Assembly: GCA_038727135.1 (NCBI GenBank) | Contig: JAVYWL010000001.1 | Span: 416,001-480,000, forward strand | Length of the DNA stretch: 64,000 nt | Reading direction: 5' to 3' | Origin: Candidatus Bathyarchaeia archaeon | Lineage (GTDB): Archaea; Thermoproteota; Bathyarchaeia; Bathyarchaeales; Bathycorpusculaceae | Shown here: one piece after another, positions 56,868-64,000 of the stretch | Layout: every line of letters begins with the position of its first letter | Position numbering within the stretch: position 1 is the first letter of the stretch | The notes under the pieces: generated by a model | The model's input: only the letters and a program-made list of their open reading frames with translations | Told to the model about the DNA's origin: nothing | Databases searched by the model: none | Translations under genes and position numbers: made by a program

Positions 56868-57548
56868 TTGGCAATTTACCTAGCAAGCCTTTTCGGAAGT
56901 GCAAGTATAGGAGTATACTCACTTGCTACTGAGAAGATGCTCATAATTCCCAAGTTTGTTCCTCTCAAAAAAGCTGAAAGAATTGGAAATTGGCTCAAAG
57001 TCAAACTTGTGCACACAACCATAGGTGGCTCAATACTGGTCGGCGCCTTAGCCTGCGCTAACTCAAACGGAATTCTCTTACCCCATTTTGTAAGGGACGA
57101 TGAAATCGAAGCAATAAAAGCCGCATTCGACGGAAACATAACGGTTATGGAAACCAAAAAGACGGCTTACGGAAACATGGTTTTAGCAAACGATTACGGT
57201 GCAATTGTAGACCCAAGGCTAAAAACTTCCGAAATTAGAAAAATCGCCGACACCCTTGGTGTAGAGGCTGTTCCGGGAGAAATAGCCCAACTTCCATATG
57301 TTGGTTCTTTGGCAGTTGCAACTAATAAAGGTGTATTGGCGCATCCTATGCTGAAGGAAGAAGAGCGCAAACTTTTGGAAGATGTTCTCAAAGTGCCAGT
57401 GGATGTTGGCACCGTTAACTGCGGCATACCATATGTGGGAACCGGTCTTATAGGCAATAGCCACGCTGCTGTTGCTGGTTCTTTGACGACTGGTCCAGAA
57501 ATGTTTATAATTGGACATGCCTTGGGTGTAGTAAAGGAAGATGAGTGA
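56868..57548 (+). CDS. eif6: Translation initiation factor 6 (aIF6)
   Basis: IGVY, ANSNG, GNMVLANDYGA, VGSLAVATNKG, GTVNCG, TTGPE. Confidence 0.95.
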   Translation: MAIYLASLFGSASIGVYSLATEKMLIIPKFVPLKKAERIGNWLKVKLVHTTIGGSILVGALACANSNGILLPHFVRDDEIEAIKAAFDGNITVMETKKTAYGNMVLANDYGAIVDPRLKTSEIRKIADTLGVEAVPGEIAQLPYVGSLAVATNKGVLAHPMLKEEERKLLEDVLKVPVDVGTVNCGIPYVGTGLIGNSHAAVAGSLTTGPEMFIIGHALGVVKEDE

Positions 57549-57780
57549 AGTGAAAGTTTTCAGAGTTACAGGCGAAATCAGAAAGCCAAATCTGAAAACC
57601 CACTTCAGAAAAGAGGTCATAGCAACCAAGCCAGAACACGCCATAGAAAAAGTCTATACCGAGTTGGGCAGCAAACACCGCGTTAAACGCTTCCACATAA
57701 AAATAACCAACGTTGACGAAATCTCACCACAAGAGATTGAGGACCCCTTGATAAGGAAAATGGTTGCAGGGGAAGTATAA
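57541..57780 (+). CDS. rpl18a: 50S ribosomal protein L18a/LX (eL20)
   Basis: FRVTG, FRKEV, AIEKVYTELGSKHRVKR. Confidence 0.92.
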   Translation: MSEVKVFRVTGEIRKPNLKTHFRKEVIATKPEHAIEKVYTELGSKHRVKRFHIKITNVDEISPQEIEDPLIRKMVAGEV

Positions 57781-57781
57781 G

Positions 57782-58228
57782 TTGGCAGCAAAGGCTGAAG
57801 AAGAACTCAGAAGATTAAGTGTTGAAATGCGGATTTTAGAGCAGACAGCAGAAGCCTTGCAATCACGAATAAGCATGATAAACGCCGTAATAACGGATCT
57901 AACCTATGCAAACATGACGTTGGAAGGCTTGGAAAAACAGAAAGAAAACGCGGAACTTCTAGTACCAATAGGGGGGAACTCCTACATAAGGGCGAGGCTC
58001 GAAACCCCGGACAAGGTAACTGTTGGAATTGGAGCCGGTGTCTCAGTTGAGAAAACCTTGCAGGAGGCGAAAGAGATAATTAGGAAAAGGCTTGAAGACT
58101 TGGAAAAGAGTAGGGCTTCTCTCCAGCAGCAATTTTCACAGGTTATTGATCGAATTAACGAAGATAGGGAACGCTTTGAGGAGTTGGCAGCCCAATTAAG
58201 GAAGGAGACCCCCTCAAGGAATGTTTGA
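57782..58228 (+). CDS. pfdA: Prefoldin alpha subunit
   Basis: Coiled coils flanking ELLVPIGGNSYI...VGIGAGVSVEK; start taken at TTG 57782. Confidence 0.93.
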   Translation: MAAKAEEELRRLSVEMRILEQTAEALQSRISMINAVITDLTYANMTLEGLEKQKENAELLVPIGGNSYIRARLETPDKVTVGIGAGVSVEKTLQEAKEIIRKRLEDLEKSRASLQQQFSQVIDRINEDRERFEELAAQLRKETPSRNV

Positions 58229-59126
58229 GAAGCTTAAGTCCGGTTTAAGCAGCCTAATAAACAAGATTACGACAACAGAGCTTAAACCCGAAAACCTCCG
58301 CCCAATACTTTCTGAGTTTAAGCTAAACCTAATAGAAAATGACGTTGCGGTGCCTGTGGCAGAACGCATATGCGAGGAAATGGAAAGACGCCTAAATGGT
58401 GTTCAAGTAAAAAGGCTCGAAGACAAAAAGAAGATTGTGGAACAGCACCTCCGCGAAGTACTCTTGGAAGTCATGCTTACAAACAGCAAAATAGACCTTT
58501 TTAAGGCTATTGAAGAAAAAAGAAAGAAAAAAGAACCTTTTGTTATTGTTTTTGTTGGAATAAATGGCACCGGGAAAACGACGACTATAGCTAAAGTTGC
58601 TAAACTCTTGAACAATAGGGGTTATACTGTTGTGCTTGCGTGCAGCGACACATACAGGGCGGGTTCAATTGAGCAGTTAGAAACCCATGCCAAGCGTTTG
58701 GGCATACGAATGATAAAGCACAAGTACGGCGCAGATCCAGCAGCTGTAGCCTACGACGCAATAAACCACGCAAAGGCTCATGGAATCCACGCTGTTTTGA
58801 TAGATACCGCTGGTCGAATGCAAACAAACCGAAACTTGATGATCGAGCTGGCGAAAATTAAGCGGGTTGTAAATCCCGACCTAACCATTTTGACGGTTGA
58901 CTCCCTAACTGGCAATGATGCAGTAATGCAGGCTGAAGAGTTCCACAAGAGTGTTGGCATAGACGCAACAATACTAACAAAAGTGGACGCCGACATCAAA
59001 GGCGGCTCAGCCCTAAGCGTGACCTATGTCACACAAAAACCCATCTTGTTCGTTGGAACCGGGCAAAAGTATGATGATTTAGAGGAGTTTCAGCCAGAAA
59101 AATTTGTGGACATGATACTGAAATAA
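58221..59126 (+). CDS. ftsY: SRP receptor FtsY
   Basis: GINGTGKTTTIAK, DTYRAG, DTAGR, TKVD, GTGQ. Confidence 0.96.
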   Translation: MFEKLKSGLSSLINKITTTELKPENLRPILSEFKLNLIENDVAVPVAERICEEMERRLNGVQVKRLEDKKKIVEQHLREVLLEVMLTNSKIDLFKAIEEKRKKKEPFVIVFVGINGTGKTTTIAKVAKLLNNRGYTVVLACSDTYRAGSIEQLETHAKRLGIRMIKHKYGADPAAVAYDAINHAKAHGIHAVLIDTAGRMQTNRNLMIELAKIKRVVNPDLTILTVDSLTGNDAVMQAEEFHKSVGIDATILTKVDADIKGGSALSVTYVTQKPILFVGTGQKYDDLEEFQPEKFVDMILK

Positions 59127-59133
59127 GCGGTTA

Positions 59134-59652
59134 TTATTTTTGCTTATGTTTATTCACCGTGAAGCGTAACCGCTTAAAAATCTCTTCAAAGCCCAACTTC
59201 TTAAACAGCTTTAAAGATGGAATATTATTAGAGTAAACGTCGGCTTCTACACATTCTGCGCCTTTATCTATGAACCATTCAAGCATAGCCTTTACAAGCG
59301 CCTTGCCGATGCCACGTCTTCTATAGGATTTTTCAACAAAACAGTCGCATATGTAGCCTCTCTTGCCCTTATAAGCCCAAGGCTGGCTAACCCAGCCGAG
59401 GGAGTAGCCAACTATTTTTCCTTCAACTTCGGCGACAAAAACCACCGTGTTTTCGCCTTTTATGTTCTTAAGAATCCAGCTTGGGCTTTGGAACCCGCTG
59501 GGCATGGGTGAAATCATAGAATCCATGGCGCTTTCATCTCTTCCAAGCTTCTTCGAAAGTCTAACAATCTCCTGCAAATCCTCTTCATTAGCGTGTCGAA
59601 TTTTCACATCTACAAGAGCCCCGCTTGACGACTTTGCTTTATTCGATGGCAT
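59134..59652 (-). CDS. GNAT family N-acetyltransferase
   Basis: FVAEVEGKIVG, YRRRGIGKALV, NIPSLKLFKKLGF; start taken at ATG 59652. Confidence 0.88.
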   Translation of the reverse strand: MPSNKAKSSSGALVDVKIRHANEEDLQEIVRLSKKLGRDESAMDSMISPMPSGFQSPSWILKNIKGENTVVFVAEVEGKIVGYSLGWVSQPWAYKGKRGYICDCFVEKSYRRRGIGKALVKAMLEWFIDKGAECVEADVYSNNIPSLKLFKKLGFEEIFKRLRFTVNKHKQK

Positions 59653-59674
59653 ATAACCACTTCCAAAATCTAGC

Positions 59675-60751
59675 CTACCGCAGCGTCTCGTTGACAACAT
59701 TTAATTTTTTGAGAACCTTGTGGCGTAATTGCGGATGAGTCAAATCCTCATCAAGGTCGATAAACTTAATCCTTAACTTTTTGTCCGCTCCTACTGGCAG
59801 ATTTGCCATGCCAAGCACTTCAAATCGGAACAAGGCGGATTTATACCAGTTGATTCCCGGATTTTTGTCCACTTTAAACCCTAAATTGTAAGCAAATTCT
59901 TCGTAGTTGGCAGTGCCATAATCCATCGGATACACGGAAAAGCCTTGAATAATGTCTGTAATCACACAGTTCATTTTGGCGAGCAATCTCTGAACAGCCA
60001 ACCACTTTTTCAGCGAAGCCTCGTAATTGGTCAAGCCAAAGTAGCCAACACCATTTTCCTTGAGGCAGGCTACACCCCTCATTATGAAAGCCCTTAAGCC
60101 AGAAGTTGTTTCGAGGGGCTCCGAAGAGAATACATCGAACTTTCCTCGAAGTTCTTTTGGCAAGGGTTCAGCCACGTTGTACTCCATGAATTCTATGTTA
60201 AAGCCGTGATCCTTATTGACTTCTTGTAAGAAATCGCCTAACCGCTTGTCAATGTCCAAAACGGTTATGCGGGAAGGCAAACCAGTTAAAGCTAAGGCAA
60301 CGCTCAATAGGTCGTCATCGCCTATCAAAACAATTTCCTTCCCATTCAAGTCCCCATAGTAGTGCATTAAGGCAACCCGCGCAACCACATCTTGCTCAAG
60401 CATGTAACCCTGGAAAAAGTCCAAAGACGGATTCGGTCTTTTTTCAGCAATCTTCTTGAACTTTTCAAGAACCTCTTTGAACCTTGCTTCGGGAATTATC
60501 CGTTTGCCAAGACATGAAGGGCAGATTTTTCCCTCAAAATCTAGACTCTTCGGGTTAATTTTTGCCTTGCCCTTCTCAGTTATGTAGAAGCCGTCCACAT
60601 TGGCGGTTATAAGCCCTTCACTGTTAAGCCTCTTAAGTGTGATCACAAAGTCTCTTAGTGAACAGTTCATTTTGTCAATAAGCTCCCAGAAGGTTCTCCT
60701 CGAAACTGCAAGTTCATGCAGTATTTTTGCTTCTAGTTTCTCCAACAACAT
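59675..60751 (-). CDS. bpsA: Branched-chain polyamine synthase BpsA (N4-bis(aminopropyl)spermidine synthase)
   Basis: N-terminal wHTH, CPSCLG, RP...FFQG, RVALM..YGDL, IGDDDLLS, LDIDKRL, FDVFSSEPLET. Confidence 0.88.
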   Translation of the reverse strand: MLLEKLEAKILHELAVSRRTFWELIDKMNCSLRDFVITLKRLNSEGLITANVDGFYITEKGKAKINPKSLDFEGKICPSCLGKRIIPEARFKEVLEKFKKIAEKRPNPSLDFFQGYMLEQDVVARVALMHYYGDLNGKEIVLIGDDDLLSVALALTGLPSRITVLDIDKRLGDFLQEVNKDHGFNIEFMEYNVAEPLPKELRGKFDVFSSEPLETTSGLRAFIMRGVACLKENGVGYFGLTNYEASLKKWLAVQRLLAKMNCVITDIIQGFSVYPMDYGTANYEEFAYNLGFKVDKNPGINWYKSALFRFEVLGMANLPVGADKKLRIKFIDLDEDLTHPQLRHKVLKKLNVVNETLR

Positions 60752-61079
60752 CCCTCCTAATAACGCGTTTCTCAACGCTTGTAGGCTGAAACGCCTCCAA
60801 CAGCAATTCAAAAGCCCTCAAGGCTGGACCATCATCCCCGCATGTGAAGATGTCCAAAGCCATATAACCATACTCAGGCCATGTGTGAACGCTCAAATGC
60901 GACTCGCTTAAGAGGTAAATGGCAGAAACCCCATGAGGCTCAAACTGATGAAAACTCGAAGAGACAACATGCAAACCAGATTTAGCAACTACCCTATCCA
61001 AAACCACCCGAAGATCTTCCACTCTTGAAATCTTCCGGGGATCCACACCCCGAAATTCGGCGATAATGTGGATGCCCAT
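60714..61079 (-). CDS. speH: S-adenosylmethionine decarboxylase proenzyme (SpeD/SpeH)
   Basis: GIHIIAE, HQFEPHGVS, LSESHLSVHTWPE (pyruvoyl Ser), DIFTCG. Confidence 0.92.
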   Translation of the reverse strand: MGIHIIAEFRGVDPRKISRVEDLRVVLDRVVAKSGLHVVSSSFHQFEPHGVSAIYLLSESHLSVHTWPEYGYMALDIFTCGDDGPALRAFELLLEAFQPTSVEKRVIRRDVVGETRSKNTA

Positions 61080-61240
61080 AGCGAACACCCAACATTATCG
61101 TCGAACTTCGGAAGCATGTTCCGCGTAGTGCCTTAAACCAACTACGCATACGTTTTCTATCCTCTGAAATTTTCCCGAAAAATTTTCCTTTTATAAATTT
61201 TTTGCCGCAAAAGTCAGCGTTTAAAATGCACAAATGGGCC

Positions 61241-61720
61241 TTAAAGTTTAGACATAAACTCTTTAAACTTTAGCAAATCCATCGGGGCGAGAACTTCCCT
61301 CTTCAGCAACTCACATGGCCACTCTTTGCATTCATCGCAGTATCTAATTCCCCTTTTTGCGGCACATAATTTCCTTTTCGCCAGCCACTTTTCTTTGGCT
61401 TTGAGAAAATTTGAGACGCCGCGCCCCTTAATCTTCTTCATGTTACGCCAGACATCTAAAAACCATGCACTTGACTCTAACCTCTCTGCTTTGAAGAGGT
61501 CAAAAATTTTGCATGGAAAACTTGCGCAGTCTAAGCATATTTTAAGGTTTTTGTTAGCCGCGCATTTGTAGATTTTGCAATATTCTTGGTACTCTCTGCT
61601 CAAGCCTTTGCCGCTTCTGCAGCCTCCACATTCGCCACGGAGTAAGCCGGTGCACTCGCCACAATAAAGACCGCAAGGGGCAACAATGTTCCAGTCTGCT
61701 GTTTTCAAACTGCAAACCAC
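61241..61720 (-). CDS. Cys-rich putative Fe-S/Zn protein (DUF3795-like)
   Basis: APCGLYCGEC, CGGC, CKIYKC, CLDC..FPC, CDECKEWPC. Confidence 0.8.
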   Translation of the reverse strand: MVCSLKTADWNIVAPCGLYCGECTGLLRGECGGCRSGKGLSREYQEYCKIYKCAANKNLKICLDCASFPCKIFDLFKAERLESSAWFLDVWRNMKKIKGRGVSNFLKAKEKWLAKRKLCAAKRGIRYCDECKEWPCELLKREVLAPMDLLKFKEFMSKL

Positions 61721-61732
61721 TTGACGTCTAAC

Positions 61733-62647
61733 TTAGAATTTTTCAAGCAGCTTAAGTAATATGGCTTTCGCCGAGTAGAGGCGATTTTCGCTTTGCTCGT
61801 AAATAATTGAGTTTGGGCTTTCTATGACGTCTGCGCTTATCTCGTAGCCTCTGTGGATGGGCATGTCATGCATTATGTAGGCGTTGCTCCCCCGCAGCAG
61901 CTCCTTATTTATTTGATATGGCATCATGATCTTGATGCGCTTTTCCTTTTCAGCAGCGAATTTTGGATCTGTGAAGAATTCCATGTCAACCCATGTGTCG
62001 GTGTAAACAAAGTCCGCATCCCTTAAGGCTTCCTTAACGTCCAACGTGGACTCGTAAAGCCCGGTTTTTTTGGCCTCTTCAAGAAGCTCATCGTCTCTTG
62101 AAGGCTCATTGAAAATTGGCGTAACTGTGGTTATTTTTACCCCTGTTTTGGTGCATCCTTCAATAAGGGAGTTGCACACATTATTGTGAACACCAATGTA
62201 AACCAGCTTTAAGCCCTTCAATTTGCCCTTCTTCTCTTTCATGGTCATCAGGTCTGCTATTGCTTGGCTCGGGTGATATTTTTCGTCGCAACCATTTATT
62301 ACTGGAACTCGAGAGGCTTTAGCCATTACTTGAAGGTCAGCGTTCCGCAGAAGCCTCGCCATTATACAATCGACATTCCTTGATAAGTACTGGGTTTCGT
62401 CGTATATGTCGGCTATTGTAAAGTTTGTTGTCCTCCAATCGATGTAAAGGGCGTGACCTCCAAGCTGCGTCATGGCCACTTCGAAAGAAACCCTTGTACG
62501 CGTAGAAGTCTTCTGGAATATCATGGCTAGGGATTTACCATCCAACGCTCTGCGATATTTTTCCGGGTTCTGCTTCACCTCAATAGCCTTATCAATTATT
62601 TCCAAAAGCTGCTGCCCGGACAAATTTTTAAAGTTGATCAAGTGCAT
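61733..62647 (-). CDS. argF: Ornithine carbamoyltransferase-like transcarbamylase
   Basis: STRTRVSFE, INGC...HPSQ, NNVCNS, EQSENR; atypical DTWVDMEF and HDMP motifs. Confidence 0.82.
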   Translation of the reverse strand: MHLINFKNLSGQQLLEIIDKAIEVKQNPEKYRRALDGKSLAMIFQKTSTRTRVSFEVAMTQLGGHALYIDWRTTNFTIADIYDETQYLSRNVDCIMARLLRNADLQVMAKASRVPVINGCDEKYHPSQAIADLMTMKEKKGKLKGLKLVYIGVHNNVCNSLIEGCTKTGVKITTVTPIFNEPSRDDELLEEAKKTGLYESTLDVKEALRDADFVYTDTWVDMEFFTDPKFAAEKEKRIKIMMPYQINKELLRGSNAYIMHDMPIHRGYEISADVIESPNSIIYEQSENRLYSAKAILLKLLEKF

Positions 62648-62751
62648 TCGTCTTCCACCAGTTCTGAACCTAGAGCTTCAACAGTTTTAAGCATTATAAG
62701 TTTTATGGAAACCTTTATCCCTAAACAAGGCGTCTTGCAATTGGATAAGAG

Positions 62752-63561
62752 ATGATTCTAATAGCCGCGTCAACAAAAGATTTGGCAAGCGTAAACATCG
62801 CAAGACAGATTCTAGGCAAATATCCATTCAAGCAGGTTAAAGAAAAAGTTTACAACGCCGAGGCTTCTGGTCGAAAAGTTGAACTTGTAATGTTGGATGA
62901 GGAGTTGGTTTATGCACAGAACATAACCGCATCATATCTATCACTTGACCTTGTCATCTTCATTTCAAGGCATAGTAGCCAAAGCGGAACCCCAACGCTC
63001 TCGGTGCATACTCCCGGAAACTTCGAAAATGCAGATTTAGGCGGAATCCCAAGAAAAGTGTCTGTTTCACCGGCAAACGCCATGAAAACAGTGCTAAGCA
63101 CAATGGCAAAACTTGTCGAAGAAAAAAGTTTGAAGTATAAAGTTTCATACGAGTGTACCCATCACGGTCCATCACTGGATGTACCGGCAATGTTCGCCGA
63201 ATTAGGAAGCACCCCAAAAGAGTGGAGAGATTTGGAGGCGGCAGAGGTCGTTGCACACGCTACAATAAAAGCAGTGGCAGATTTTGACAAGCAAACTAGC
63301 AGGGCGGTGCTTGGTATCGGGGGACCTCATTATAACGAGAAGTTCACCAGAATGGCTTTGGAGGAAAATATAGCCTTTGGTCACATCGTGCCAAAATACG
63401 CCGTCGCAAAAATTGATGAGGCTATCTTAAGGCAATGTGTTGAAAGAACTTTGGAAAAAGTTGAGTTTGCTGTTTTAGATTGGAAGGGAATAAAGAGCGA
63501 AGACAAGCCAAACATCGTTGAACTGCTTAACAAAATTGGGCTGGAGTTCCAAAAAGTTTAA
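62752..63561 (+). CDS. dtdA: D-aminoacyl-tRNA deacylase (archaeal DTD2)
   Basis: SRHSS, LSVHTPGN, YECTHHGPS, ELGST, GIGGPHY, GHIVPKY, DWKG. Confidence 0.93.
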   Translation: MILIAASTKDLASVNIARQILGKYPFKQVKEKVYNAEASGRKVELVMLDEELVYAQNITASYLSLDLVIFISRHSSQSGTPTLSVHTPGNFENADLGGIPRKVSVSPANAMKTVLSTMAKLVEEKSLKYKVSYECTHHGPSLDVPAMFAELGSTPKEWRDLEAAEVVAHATIKAVADFDKQTSRAVLGIGGPHYNEKFTRMALEENIAFGHIVPKYAVAKIDEAILRQCVERTLEKVEFAVLDWKGIKSEDKPNIVELLNKIGLEFQKV

Positions 63562-63651
63562 CAGCCCAGCGTTGTTACATCGTGTTTGGATAGAAAAGTT
63601 AATAGAAATGCTTGTTTATCTGTATCAAAGCGCAACTTGCTGGTTGGCAAA

Positions 63652-63819
63652 ATGGGTTTAAGATCTTTCCTATCACAATGCGCAAGAACATTAAAACTTG
63701 CAGTTAAACCCGGAAGAAGCGAGCTGTGGCTATCGATAAAAATATGCTTTTTGGGCATCGGTGCCGTCGGACTCATAGGCTTCATAATCGCCATGCTAAC
63801 AAGACTGATACCATTCTAA
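63652..63819 (+). CDS. secE: Preprotein translocase SecE / Sec61 gamma
   Basis: RTLKLAVKPGRSE...KICFLGIGAVGLIGFII. Confidence 0.9.
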   Translation: MGLRSFLSQCARTLKLAVKPGRSELWLSIKICFLGIGAVGLIGFIIAMLTRLIPF

Positions 63820-63843
63820 ACTAAAAGGGAGCGATGGAAAGTC

Positions 63844-64000
63844 TTGGAAAAATTACCCACAAAAATTTTCGCCGTAAGAACCACGACAGGACAGGAGAGA
63901 AACGTGGCTAAGCTTGTTGCAGCAAGAATAGAGATGAACAAAATACCAGTGAAGGCCATTCTTGTTCCAGACACATTGAGGGGCTATATTTTCATGGAAG
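63844..64000 (+). CDS. spt5: Transcription elongation factor Spt5/NusG, 5' part only
   Basis: Manual translation from TTG 63844: MEKLPTKIFAVRTTTGQERNVAKLV...ILVPDTLRGYIFME; follows secE. Confidence 0.9.
   Translation, partial: MEKLPTKIFAVRTTTGQERNVAKLVAARIEMNKIPVKAILVPDTLRGYIFME

Noticed and set aside
1-64000. CRISPR arrays, IS elements, integrases, rRNA
   Set aside because: No regularly spaced repeats, transposase or integrase motifs, or rRNA-like sequence recognised by eye

Overview
Gene-dense archaeal chromosomal window. The gene content (archaeal histone, S25e, S19e-L39e-L31e-aIF6-LX-prefoldin-FtsY cluster, Ftr plus H4MPT C1 genes, peptide and amino-acid fermentation genes, BpsA) fits a thermophilic TACK archaeon, most likely Bathyarchaeia; this taxonomy is an inference. 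I find about 65 CDS, an RNase P RNA and three tRNAs (Ala-GGC, Arg-CCT, and Leu-TAA with a non-canonical D-loop intron). I see no CRISPR array, transposase or integrase. The most interesting modules are: (1) trpY divergent from trpB2 plus a SerK-like ParB/Srx kinase, with four TGTACA-like TRP boxes between them, which suggests a Trp-regulated O-phosphoserine-fed tryptophan synthesis/indole salvage unit; (2) a four-gene surface and uptake operon with DUF4430-like domains, a transcobalamin-like alpha/alpha-barrel plus beta-domain protein and an ECF S-component, preceded by a perfect 21-bp palindrome at the promoter, which suggests a corrinoid capture system; (3) a proline-racemase-fold enzyme with a rewired active site, next to a cyclodeaminase/imine reductase and a Liv-type ABC transporter; (4) a speH-bpsA-GNAT polyamine operon with a structured, uORF-containing leader, near an atypical transcarbamylase. 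All family assignments come from motif recognition, not from database searches.
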